A DNA stretch of 64,000 nucleotides from Rhodobacterales bacterium (GTDB lineage Bacteria; Pseudomonadota; Alphaproteobacteria; Rhodobacterales; Rhodobacteraceae), in the NCBI GenBank assembly GCA_038257185.1, contig JBBSJO010000001.1, positions 10,665-74,664 on the forward strand. Reading direction: 5' to 3'. How positions within the stretch are numbered: position 1 is the first letter of the stretch; each line of letters begins with the position of its first letter. The translations under genes were made by a program, and so were the position numbers. This document shows positions 16,628 to 27,756 of the stretch, in pieces. A model generated the notes under the pieces. The model was not told the origin of the DNA. It saw nothing but the letters and a program-made list of their open reading frames with translations, and searched no databases.

Positions 16628-18667
16628 ATGTTCAAGAAAATCCTGATTGCCAACCGGGGCGAGATCGCCTGCCGTGTCATAAAGACCGCCCGCAAGATGG
16701 GCATTGCCACGGTGGCGATCTATTCGGATGCCGACGCGCAGGCGCTGCATGTGGAGATGGCGGACGAGGCCGTGCACATCGGCCCGCCCCCCGCGAATCA
16801 GTCCTATATCGTGATCGACAAGGTGATGGCGGCGATCAAGGCGTCCGGGGCCGAGGCGGTGCATCCGGGATATGGTTTCCTCAGCGAGAACAGCAAGTTT
16901 GCCGAGGCGCTTGAGAAGGCCGGTGTGGTCTTTGTCGGCCCGCCCAAGGGGGCCATCGAAAAGATGGGGGACAAGATCACCTCCAAGAAGATCGCGCAGG
17001 AGGCGGGCGTTTCTACCGTTCCCGGCTACATGGGCCTGATCGCGGACGCGGACGAGGCGGTGAAGATCTCCAACGAAGTGGGTTATCCGGTCATGCTGAA
17101 GGCCTCCGCCAGCGGCGGCGGCAAGGGCATGCGCATCGCCTGGAATGACGCGGAGGCGCGCGAGGGCTTCCAGTCTTCCAAGAACGAGGCGGCCAACAGT
17201 TTCGGTGACGACCGCATCTTCATCGAGAAATTCGTCACGCAGCCGCGCCACATCGAGATTCAGGTGCTTTGCGATGCCCACGGCAACGGCATCTATCTGG
17301 GCGAGCGGGAATGTTCCATCCAGCGCCGCAACCAGAAGGTGGTGGAGGAGGCGCCGAGCCCCTTTCTCGACGAGGCGACGCGCAAGGCGATGGGCGAGCA
17401 GGCGGTCGCCCTCGCGCAGGCCGTGGGTTACACCAGTGCGGGTACTGTCGAATTCATCGTGGACGGCGACAAGAACTTCTACTTCCTTGAGATGAATACG
17501 CGCTTGCAGGTGGAACACCCGGTGACGGAGCTGATCACGGGCGTCGATCTGGTCGAACAGATGATCCGCGTCGCGAACGGCGAGAAGCTGTCGATGAAGC
17601 AGAGCGACGTGAAGCTGAACGGCTGGGCCATCGAAAACCGGCTTTACGCCGAGGACCCCTATCGCGGCTTCCTGCCCTCCATCGGGCGGCTGACCCGGTA
17701 TCGCCCCCCGGCGGAGGTGACAGAGGACAGCCACGTGGTGCGCAACGATACCGGCGTCTACGAGGGCGGCGAGATCAGCATGTATTATGACCCGATGATC
17801 GCCAAGCTCTGCACATGGGCCCCCACGCGAGGCGAGGCCATCGAGCGGATGCGCGTGGCGCTTGACAGTTTCGAGGTGGAGGGCATTGGCCACAACCTGC
17901 CGTTCCTGAGCGCGGTCATGGATCATCCGAAGTTCGTGTCCGGCAATATCACCACCGCCTTCATCGCCGAGGAATACCCCGACGGGTTCAACGGCGTCGA
18001 ACTGGACGAGGCCGAGCTTCGCCGGATCGCTGCGGCCACGGCGGCGATGCACCGGGTCGCCGAAATCCGTCGCGCGCGGGTGTCGGGACGGATGGACAAC
18101 CATGAACGCAAAGTGGGTAGCGACTGGAATGTGACGGTGCAGGGCCACAGCTTTGATGTGGTGATCGACGCGGACCCCGGTGGTGCCACGGTACGTTTCG
18201 GCGACGGGGCGACAGGCGCCCAACCACCCGAAGGTGCCACGCTCGGTGCAGAGTACCGCGTCGGGGGCAACTGGACGCCGGGTCAGACGTTGGCGCGAAT
18301 GACGGTGAACGACGCGCCGCTGGTGATGAAGGTCGGCAAGATATCCGGCGGCTTCCGTATCCGCACCCGTGGGGCCGACCTCAAGGTCCATGTGCGCACC
18401 CCGCGTCAGGCCGAGCTTGCGCGGTTGATGCCGGAGAAACAGGCCCCCGACACCTCCAAGATGCTGCTGTGTCCGATGCCGGGTCTGGTGGTGAAGGTCA
18501 TGGTCGAGGTCGGCGACGAGGTGCAGGACGGCCAGGCGCTTTGCACCATCGAGGCGATGAAGATGGAAAACATCCTGCGCGCCGAACGCAAGGGCGTGGT
18601 CAGCAAGGTCAATGCCAGCGCAGGCGACAGCCTCGCCGTCGATGACGTGATCATGGAGTTCGAATAG
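16628..18667 (+). CDS. pccA: Propionyl-CoA carboxylase alpha subunit (biotin carboxylase-BT-BCCP)
   Basis: KILIANRGEIA, HPGYGFLSEN, FLEMNTRLQVEH, EAMKMEN biotinylation motif. Confidence 0.96.
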   Translation: MFKKILIANRGEIACRVIKTARKMGIATVAIYSDADAQALHVEMADEAVHIGPPPANQSYIVIDKVMAAIKASGAEAVHPGYGFLSENSKFAEALEKAGVVFVGPPKGAIEKMGDKITSKKIAQEAGVSTVPGYMGLIADADEAVKISNEVGYPVMLKASASGGGKGMRIAWNDAEAREGFQSSKNEAANSFGDDRIFIEKFVTQPRHIEIQVLCDAHGNGIYLGERECSIQRRNQKVVEEAPSPFLDEATRKAMGEQAVALAQAVGYTSAGTVEFIVDGDKNFYFLEMNTRLQVEHPVTELITGVDLVEQMIRVANGEKLSMKQSDVKLNGWAIENRLYAEDPYRGFLPSIGRLTRYRPPAEVTEDSHVVRNDTGVYEGGEISMYYDPMIAKLCTWAPTRGEAIERMRVALDSFEVEGIGHNLPFLSAVMDHPKFVSGNITTAFIAEEYPDGFNGVELDEAELRRIAAATAAMHRVAEIRRARVSGRMDNHERKVGSDWNVTVQGHSFDVVIDADPGGATVRFGDGATGAQPPEGATLGAEYRVGGNWTPGQTLARMTVNDAPLVMKVGKISGGFRIRTRGADLKVHVRTPRQAELARLMPEKQAPDTSKMLLCPMPGLVVKVMVEVGDEVQDGQALCTIEAMKMENILRAERKGVVSKVNASAGDSLAVDDVIMEFE

Positions 18668-18719
18668 GCCCGGTGTCTGGTCAGACTTCGATAGGCAATG
18701 GGTGTGGTGCGGAAACCGG

Positions 18720-19181
18720 CTATTGCAGGATCACGCCCAGCCGTTCCTTCTCTTCGCGGATCTCGCGTTGGCGCATCGGCATCTTGTCGATGCTGCGGGT
18801 GATTTCGCGCACGTCCCAGGGGAAGGGCTTGCGCTGCGCTACCCGGCCGTCCTTGCCCACCAGAACCAGCATGAACCCCCGCGGCCGCATCTTCAGCCGC
18901 AGCGCGCTGCGGGCGGCGGGGTCGGTGTCGGTCAGCACGACGACATCGCGACGCGCCAGATCATCCTCATGCAGGCGCAAGAGTTCGAGCTGTTCGACAT
19001 ACGCGGGGTCGTTCTCACTGTCGGCAAAAACCAGTACGGGCCGCTTTTTCCACTGGAATTCACTCAAATCTGCCATATCGGCGGGCGTGAACAGCATATT
19101 TGTCACCTCTTCCTCGGCGGACTGGGCAAAGCTGGCGGTGGCCAATAATCCAGCGAAAACAAGCAATACTAGTCGGTTCAT
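18720..19181 (-). CDS. Secreted DUF4174-like protein
   Basis: Signal peptide, FQWKKRPVLVFA, LVGKDG.V, IDKMPMRQRE. Confidence 0.85.
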   Translation of the reverse strand: MNRLVLLVFAGLLATASFAQSAEEEVTNMLFTPADMADLSEFQWKKRPVLVFADSENDPAYVEQLELLRLHEDDLARRDVVVLTDTDPAARSALRLKMRPRGFMLVLVGKDGRVAQRKPFPWDVREITRSIDKMPMRQREIREEKERLGVILQ

Positions 19182-20250
19182 CGGTTCTCCTGTCTGCCAG
19201 AATATAGGGCCTTTTCAGAGAATTGCGATGCCATACGTGGAGTCTTTCCGCATTAAGCACATCGCAAGAGGTTGCCGGGCATGAAGGGGCGACCCCGTCT
19301 CTCCCGGCCGACCGGGGCGGCCTGCAACCGCTGTCGGGGGCGCTTTGGCATGGACATCATTCTACATCTGGGCGTGCATCGCACCGGGACAACCAGCTTT
19401 CAGCACTATATGCGCGACAGCGCCGACACCCTTGCACAAGGGGCGATCGGCTTCTGGGGTCCCATGCGCACGCGCAAATCGGTGTTTCCCGGCCTCTTTC
19501 CCGGCCCGAAGACAGCGCGGGGCCGCAGCCTGTCGCGGCGGGCGGAGGGGCGGGTGCGGATACTGCTGGAACTCGCCAAGGCAGGCGGGACCCGGCAACT
19601 GGTGATCAGCGACGAGAACATGATCGGTACGCCGCAGCAATGCATGCGTCAGGGCGCGCTCTATCCCGCGATTGGCGACCGCATGGCGCGGCTCGATGCC
19701 GCATTCGGTGGCAAGGTCACGCGCATCGTGCTCAGCCTGCGCGCGCAGGATCTCTTTTGGGCCTCGTTGGCGGCCTACACGGTCGGTCGGGGGCACGGAC
19801 TGCCGGACGCCACCAGACTCGACCGGATTGCGCATAGCCCGCGCACATGGCGCGACGTGATCACCGATCTGGCCTGCGCCATGCCAGAGGCGGAGATCGT
19901 GGTCCTGCCATTCGAGCGTGTCGCAGGGCAGCCAAATGCGCTGCTGACTGCCGGAACCGGCGCAGCCGCGCCGCGACCTGAAAAGCTGCACTGGCTCAAC
20001 AAGTCGCCCGACCTCCGAACCCTTCGACGTCTCGTGGCGGAGCGCGGTATCGACCCCGACCCGGTGATGCCCGAAGGGGAAGGGCGCTGGCAGCCCTTCA
20101 GCCGCGCACAATGCGCGCAACTGGCCGAATCCTATGCAGACGACATGCACTGGCTCATCGCCGGTGCCGACGGTCTCGCCCATCTGACAGAGGACACCTC
20201 CCGCAACAGAAAAGGCTCAAGCCTGCCTGCGGGCGACATGACAAAAGGAC

Positions 20251-22392
<2,142 letters not shown>

Positions 22393-22400
22393 TTCGGTGG

Positions 22401-22596
22401 GTCGTTGATCCACAGGATCAGCGGTTTCAGCAGGCGCTCGCCGTTGACCAGCACGGCAAAGGTACTGCCCAGGGCGTTCCCGTAGGCAGCAGCCGTGCAG
22501 AATTTGCTACCACCATGGCTGCGGCAGCGGAAATCATCAGAAGGAGCCCCCTGCGGCGTCGGGGGCAAAGAAGCGGTCGCTGGCGCGCAGCAGCAT
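22401..22596 (-). pseudogene. nhaA: 5' fragment of an nhaA Na+/H+ antiporter gene with two frameshifts
   Basis: RBS GGAGGG, then across frames MLLRASDRFFAPDAAGGSF / MISAAAAMVVANS / YGNALGSTFAVLVNGERLLKPLILWIND. KPLxLWIND is the NhaA signature. The fragment is truncated next to the scpA stop. Confidence 0.8.
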
Positions 22597-22712
22597 CAAT
22601 TCCCTCCGTCTGGCTTCGGTAAGTGCTGGAAAGATGCTGCTGAATGGGTCAGGTACGAGTTAAGACATGCGCGTTATTGAAACGCCTGTTCAGTTTGTCG
22701 CAGGGGGCCGCC

Positions 22713-23324
22713 ATGGAACTTGATCACATCGCCGTCGCCGGGGAGAATTTGGCAGCTGCTTCGGCGCATCTCGAGGCCTGCCTTGGGGTAGCGCTTCAAT
22801 CGGGGGGGGAGCACGACGTCTTCCATACCCACAATCGACTGCTCGGGCTGGAGGACGGTCTCTATCTCGAGGCCATCGCGATCAATCCCGATGCGCCGGT
22901 GCCGGAGCGTCCGCGCTGGTTCGATCTCGACCGTTTCTCCGGCACGCCGCGCCTCACGAACTGGATCTGCCGCTGTACGGATCTTGATGCAACACTGGCC
23001 GCCCTGCCGGACGGCTTTGGTACCGCCGTATCCCTGCAACGCGGGGATTTGTGTTGGCGGATGGCCGTCCCTGCCTCGGGCATCCTGCCCTTCGACAATT
23101 GTGCGCCCGCGCTGATCGAATGGGAAGGGGCGGCGCATCCGGCGACGCGGCTCACCCCCTCTGGCTGCCGTCTGACCGCACTGACAGTCTCGCACCCGCA
23201 AGCCGCGGCGCTTCGCGAACTGTTGGCTGCGTTCCTCACGGACGACCGCGTTGCTTTCGTCACCGCACCTGCGGGGTTGCGGGCGCGTTTCGAGACGCCT
23301 GAAGGTGAAAGGGAACTGACATGA
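22713..23324 (+). CDS. VOC/glyoxalase-like family protein
   Basis: LDHIAVA, THNRLLGL, YLEAIA, P.LIEW motifs. Confidence 0.88.
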   Translation: MELDHIAVAGENLAAASAHLEACLGVALQSGGEHDVFHTHNRLLGLEDGLYLEAIAINPDAPVPERPRWFDLDRFSGTPRLTNWICRCTDLDATLAALPDGFGTAVSLQRGDLCWRMAVPASGILPFDNCAPALIEWEGAAHPATRLTPSGCRLTALTVSHPQAAALRELLAAFLTDDRVAFVTAPAGLRARFETPEGERELT

Positions 23325-23806
23325 GAATACGTCCCGCTCAACTGGGCGACGCCGAGGCCATCGCGGCCCTGTGGAACGCCATGATACGCGACACGCTGGC
23401 CACCTTCACCACCCAGGAAAAGACCGTGACCGGCACCGCCGCGCTGATCACCGAGCGGCAGGGGGGCTTCTGGGTCGCCGATCTGCACGGGCTACAGGGC
23501 TTCGTGACCTATGGACCGTTCCGTGCAGGCCCCGGCTATGCCGCGACGGTGGAGCATACTATTATCGTCGCCGCCCCCACCCAGGGCCGCGGCACGGGGC
23601 GGATGCTGATGCAGCAGGCGATCGTCGGGGCGGTGGCGCAGGGCCGACACGTCATGGTCGCGGCCATCAGCGGGGCCAACTCCGGCGCTGCATCTTTTCA
23701 CGCCAGGATGGGGTTCGAGCAGACCGGGATGATGCCGCAGGTGGGCCGGAAGGCGGATAGATGGCTCGACCTGATTCTGATGCAGAAAATCCTTTCCGCC
23801 ACCTGA
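23321..23806 (+). CDS. GNAT N-acetyltransferase (phosphinothricin acetyltransferase/YncA-like)
   Basis: QGRGTGR acetyl-CoA motif, FHARMGF, VGRK.DRWLDL. Confidence 0.9.
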   Translation: MRIRPAQLGDAEAIAALWNAMIRDTLATFTTQEKTVTGTAALITERQGGFWVADLHGLQGFVTYGPFRAGPGYAATVEHTIIVAAPTQGRGTGRMLMQQAIVGAVAQGRHVMVAAISGANSGAASFHARMGFEQTGMMPQVGRKADRWLDLILMQKILSAT

Positions 23807-23837
23807 CTTCCCCCGAACCTGCCTGTAAACTGACCCC

Positions 23838-24518
23838 ATGTCGATCTGGACGCGCATCACCGAGGCCCTGTCGGCCCTTGCCACGGGCGAAGGGCTGTCT
23901 GCGGTATTCGACCGGTTGCGCAGTCCGCCCGAACGCTCCGTTGCCTTCACCATCGCGGTGATCGCGCTGGGGGCCAAGATGGCCAAGGCTGACGGGCAAG
24001 TAACCCGCGACGAGGTGACGGCCTTCCGCGAGGTCTTCCGCATCGCCGAGGGCGACACTGCCGGAGCCGCGCGGGTGTTCAACCTGGCGCGGCAGGACGT
24101 GGCGGGGTTCGATGAGTACGCGCGGCGCATCGCCGCGATGTTCGAGGGCCAGCCCGAGATGCTGCGCGACCTGATGGAGGGGCTCTTTCACATCGCCATG
24201 GCCGACGGCGCTTATCACCCCAACGAGGACGCCTTTCTGGAGCAGGTTGGCGCGATCTTTGCCTTGCCCGAGGGCGATTTCGAAAGCCTGCGCGCCCGCT
24301 TCGTGCCCGATACCTCACCCTTGCCGCATACGGTGCTGGGCATTCGGCCGGGGGCAACGCTCGAAGAAGCGCGGGCGGCCTGGAGCAAGCTGGTGCGGGC
24401 CAATCACCCCGATGCGCTGGTGGCGCGCGGGCTGCCGGAAGAGGCGGTGAAGATGGCCGAGAAGCGGATGATCGACATCAACCGTGCCTGGGAAACCCTG
24501 TCGCGCAAGCGCGCCTGA
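23838..24518 (+). CDS. DjlA/DjiA-like co-chaperone (TerB-like domain plus J domain)
   Basis: AKMAKADG.V motif and C-terminal J domain with HPD. Confidence 0.9.
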   Translation: MSIWTRITEALSALATGEGLSAVFDRLRSPPERSVAFTIAVIALGAKMAKADGQVTRDEVTAFREVFRIAEGDTAGAARVFNLARQDVAGFDEYARRIAAMFEGQPEMLRDLMEGLFHIAMADGAYHPNEDAFLEQVGAIFALPEGDFESLRARFVPDTSPLPHTVLGIRPGATLEEARAAWSKLVRANHPDALVARGLPEEAVKMAEKRMIDINRAWETLSRKRA

Positions 24519-25543
24519 TGCGGATCGCCACTTACAACGTCGAGTGGTTTTCGGGCCTCTTTGACGCGCAGGACCAGCTTTACGATGATGAGGGCTGGTC
24601 GGCGCGGTATGATGTGACGCGTGCGGCGCAGACGGCGGCGCTGGGCCGCGTGTTCCGGGCGCTTGATGCCGACGCGGTCATGATCATCGAAGCGCCCGAT
24701 CAGGGGCGCAACCATTCCACCGTCCGCGCGCTGGAGGGTTTCGCCGCCCGTTTCGGCCTGCGCACCACCGATGCCGTGATGGGCTATGCCAACGATACCC
24801 AGCAGGAGATCGCGCTGCTTTACGACCCCACGAAACTGACCGCGCGGCACGATCCCCAGGGCGCGTTCACGGGGCCGGATGGCGCAAGGGGCGCGCCCCG
24901 CTTCGACGGGGCTTTCCGGATCGATCTCGATATCGACGCGAAGGAGGATCTCGTGGTCTTCTCCAAACCCCCGCTGGAACTGAGTGTGGAGACCGGGGGC
25001 GGTTTTGCCTTCCACATGATCGGCGTACACCTGAAATCGAAGGCGCCGCACGGGGCAACGACGCCCGCCGAGGTGATGAGCTTCGGCATCGCAAACCGAC
25101 GCAAGCAGCTGGCGCAGGCGGTCTGGTTGCGCGGACGGATCGAGGCGCATCTGGCGGCAGGCACGCCGCTCATGGTGATGGGGGACATGAACGACGGACC
25201 GGGGCTGGATGAGTTCGAGAACCTCTTCGGGCGCTCCTCGGTCGAAATCGTGCTGGGGCACGAGGGGCCGCAGGCGCTTTACGACCCGCACGCGCGTCAG
25301 GCGCTCAGCCGTAACCTTGCCGCCATGCCGACCACCGCGCGGTTCTGGATCAGGCCGGAGAAGCGCTATCTTCAGGCGCTGCTGGATTATATCATGGTAA
25401 CGCCGCATTTCCGGGAGCGGGGGGCGGTGTGGCGCATCTGGCACCCGATGGACGATCCCGAATGCTGGAAGAACGCGGAGTTGCGCGATGCCTTGGTCAC
25501 GGCGTCGGACCATTTCCCGGTCACGATAGATTTCGACGACTGA
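24518..25543 (+). CDS. Endonuclease/exonuclease/phosphatase family protein
   Basis: IATYNVEW, GVHLKS, GDMND, LLDYI, SDHFPV. Confidence 0.92.
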   Translation: MRIATYNVEWFSGLFDAQDQLYDDEGWSARYDVTRAAQTAALGRVFRALDADAVMIIEAPDQGRNHSTVRALEGFAARFGLRTTDAVMGYANDTQQEIALLYDPTKLTARHDPQGAFTGPDGARGAPRFDGAFRIDLDIDAKEDLVVFSKPPLELSVETGGGFAFHMIGVHLKSKAPHGATTPAEVMSFGIANRRKQLAQAVWLRGRIEAHLAAGTPLMVMGDMNDGPGLDEFENLFGRSSVEIVLGHEGPQALYDPHARQALSRNLAAMPTTARFWIRPEKRYLQALLDYIMVTPHFRERGAVWRIWHPMDDPECWKNAELRDALVTASDHFPVTIDFDD

Positions 25544-25547
25544 TCCT

Positions 25548-25574
25548 TAGAAATTGCGTGAGGCCATGCTATAT
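25548..25574 (+). promoter_or_regulatory. Possible RpoH-type promoter
   Basis: TAG-N18-CTATAT just upstream of the 25583 ATG. Confidence 0.4.
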
Positions 25575-25582
25575 AGAACAGC

Positions 25583-25963
25583 ATGAAACATTTTGCCGCC
25601 GCCACCCTTGTGATCAGCCTTGGAGCCGCCTCCGTTTCCGCACAGGAGGCGGACGGGACGGATCGTGGCCTTTCCCTGATGGAACGCGGCGCGCAACTCT
25701 TCATGGAAGGTATCATGAAGGAGATGGAGCCCGCGATCTCGGACCTCGAAGGGCTGGCGGACGACATCGGCCCGGCGATGAAGGATTTCGCCAGAAACAT
25801 GGGCCCGAAACTGAAGGAAATGTTCGACAAGGTCGATAACTGGGCCGCCTATCAAGCCCCCGAAATGCTGCCCAACGGCGACATTATCATCCGCCGCAAG
25901 CCCGATCATCCGATGGTCCCGCCCGAGGAGCCCACCGAACCGGAACCGCAGATCGAGATTTGA
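25583..25963 (+). CDS. Secreted hypothetical protein
   Basis: Signal peptide ending SAQ, acidic helical core, PE.LPNGDIIIRR. Confidence 0.8.
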   Translation: MKHFAAATLVISLGAASVSAQEADGTDRGLSLMERGAQLFMEGIMKEMEPAISDLEGLADDIGPAMKDFARNMGPKLKEMFDKVDNWAAYQAPEMLPNGDIIIRRKPDHPMVPPEEPTEPEPQIEI

Positions 25964-25985
25964 TACCCACCCGCCAGCGAGCGTC

Positions 25986-27572
25986 TCAGATCGTTACGGT
26001 CCGCCCCTTGAGCGTCTTGACCTCGACCTCCGCCCCCAAGGACGCCGCAAGCGAGTTAAGCCGGGCGACCGCCACTTCTCCGAAAAGCGGCATCATGTCG
26101 CGCGTGAGCCAGAGCTCCAGCCTCTTCTTCTTGGGGAACCAGCGCAGCTCGCCCCGCTCCTCGTCCTGATTCATCCACAGCATGGCCCCGAAACGCATCG
26201 CCTTGCCGAGGATTTCGGCCTCGTGCTGGGTCTTTTCGTCGACCATCTCGTAGAGGTCGGCAAAGCGGGTGTTCTCGCGCTTGTTGGAATAGCGGTGCAA
26301 CAGGGCGAGGCCGAGGTAGATGCGTTCGGAGTGTTTCAATCCCCCCAGGTTTGCGCGGGTCGCGGCATCGAAGCAGACCTCGGCGCGGTAGTCGGGGTGG
26401 GCGCGCCAGCTGACGTCGTGCAGCAGGCAGGCGGCCTTGACCAGACGCTTGCGTGGCAGCGGGGCGGATTTGTAGAGCGGCAGGATGAAGTTGTAGAGAA
26501 TCTTGCCGAAACCGGGGATCCGGGCATCCTTTGCTTCCGCAAAGCGGCAGGATTCGATCAGGGGATCGCGGTCGCGCAGGCGCTGGGGCATCTGTTCGTA
26601 AAGCATCCCCTCGCGGATGCCGTAGCTGGAGATGGCGATGTCCTTGGGCTTGAAGGACTTCACCAGACGGCTCAGCACTTCGGCAGCGTAGGGCACCAGT
26701 TCCATCCGGGAGGAGGAGACATTGCAGGCGTTGCGCAGCTCGTTCAGATCGGCTTTCTTGATGAACTTTACCGTCGCGCTGACCGAGCGGACGGTCATGC
26801 GGTATTCATGCAGCACGTGGAGCGGATAGCCGCGCCGGTACATGTCGATGCGGGCAATCGCGCGCCAGGACCCGCCGACGAGGAACAGACGGTCGCGTTG
26901 GGCACCCATGCGGTCCTGCAACCCTTGCATGACCTCCTTGATATGCGCCTGCCTGGCCTTCGCTCCGCCCTTGATGTCGCGCAGCTTGAGCGGGCCGAGC
27001 TGCGAGGAGACCCTGCGCCCAACGCGACCGCCGGAGATTTCTGCAAGCTCCATCGACGAACCACCGATGTCGCAGACAAGGCCATAGGCACCGGGCCAGC
27101 CCAGCATGACGCCCTGTGCGGACAGTCGCGCCTCCTCCTCGCCGTCGATGACCCAGATGCGCAGGCCGGTTTCGCGCAGGACGTCGTCGCAGAAGGCCGG
27201 CCCGTCGGTGGCGTCGCGCACGGCGGCGGTGGCGACGACGGTGAGTTCCGACAGGCCCATGCCTTCGGCCAGCTTGGCGAAGCGGCGCATCGCCGACAGG
27301 GCGCGGACCCGCCCGGTGGGTGACAGGTGCCCGGTTTCGGCCATGCCGGCCCCGAGGGCGCACATGATCTTTTCGTTGTAGAAGTAGGCAGGCGACCGCG
27401 CGGCCCCGTCGAAGACCACCAGACGGACGGAGTTGGAACCCACATCGACCACGCCGACCCGGCTCAGCGCCCGGGCGGAGGGGTCTTCGAACAGGGGTTT
27501 GCTGAAGGGCCCGAGGTCGGCCACGCCGGTTTCGGGGACCCCGGCGGGGTGCGGTGGCGTGAGCTCTGCCAT
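25986..27572 (-). CDS. ppx: Ppx/GppA exopolyphosphatase
   Basis: VVDVGSNSVRL, DIGGSSMEL, GIREG and HD-like LLHDVSW. Confidence 0.93.
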   Translation of the reverse strand: MAELTPPHPAGVPETGVADLGPFSKPLFEDPSARALSRVGVVDVGSNSVRLVVFDGAARSPAYFYNEKIMCALGAGMAETGHLSPTGRVRALSAMRRFAKLAEGMGLSELTVVATAAVRDATDGPAFCDDVLRETGLRIWVIDGEEEARLSAQGVMLGWPGAYGLVCDIGGSSMELAEISGGRVGRRVSSQLGPLKLRDIKGGAKARQAHIKEVMQGLQDRMGAQRDRLFLVGGSWRAIARIDMYRRGYPLHVLHEYRMTVRSVSATVKFIKKADLNELRNACNVSSSRMELVPYAAEVLSRLVKSFKPKDIAISSYGIREGMLYEQMPQRLRDRDPLIESCRFAEAKDARIPGFGKILYNFILPLYKSAPLPRKRLVKAACLLHDVSWRAHPDYRAEVCFDAATRANLGGLKHSERIYLGLALLHRYSNKRENTRFADLYEMVDEKTQHEAEILGKAMRFGAMLWMNQDEERGELRWFPKKKRLELWLTRDMMPLFGEVAVARLNSLAASLGAEVEVKTLKGRTVTI

Positions 27573-27604
27573 GCAGTCTCCTGGGGTGGTGCAGCTTGGG
27601 GCGT

Positions 27605-27633
27605 AAAATGGAGCAGCGGCGGGTTGAGGTCAA
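27605..27633 (-). promoter_or_regulatory. Sigma70-like promoter for ppx
   Basis: TTGACC-N17-CATTTT on the minus strand, about 33 nt before the ATG. Confidence 0.5.
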
Positions 27634-27716
27634 TCGCTAAGGGGGGCAGCGCGCCTGGGGCGCGCCACTACAAGGGGCCAGTGGCAGGCAGGGTCGGGGT
27701 GTCCATGGCCAGGGTT

Positions 27717-27747
27717 GTGCAGCGGTATTTGGAAAAGGGTGAAGGAG
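27717..27747 (-). repeat. Dispersed intergenic repeat, copy C
   Basis: Minus strand CTCCTTCACCCTTTTCCAAATACCGCTGCAC, 10 nt after the ppk1 stop. Confidence 0.9.
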
Positions 27748-27756
27748 GCAAGGGGC

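Noticed and set aside
15696-16646. 316-aa plus-strand ORF spanning the lipoprotein genes
   Set aside because: Out of frame with two convincing lipoproteins and crosses two terminators; no recognisable motifs.
15506-18391. 961-aa minus-strand ORF
   Set aside because: Antisense shadow of pccA and the lipoprotein genes; Arg/Ala/Gly-rich with no motifs, typical of high-GC DNA.
22713-23324. VOC gene after scpA as methylmalonyl-CoA epimerase
   Set aside because: At about 200 aa with Glyoxalase_3-type motifs, it does not match the ~135-aa epimerase pattern.
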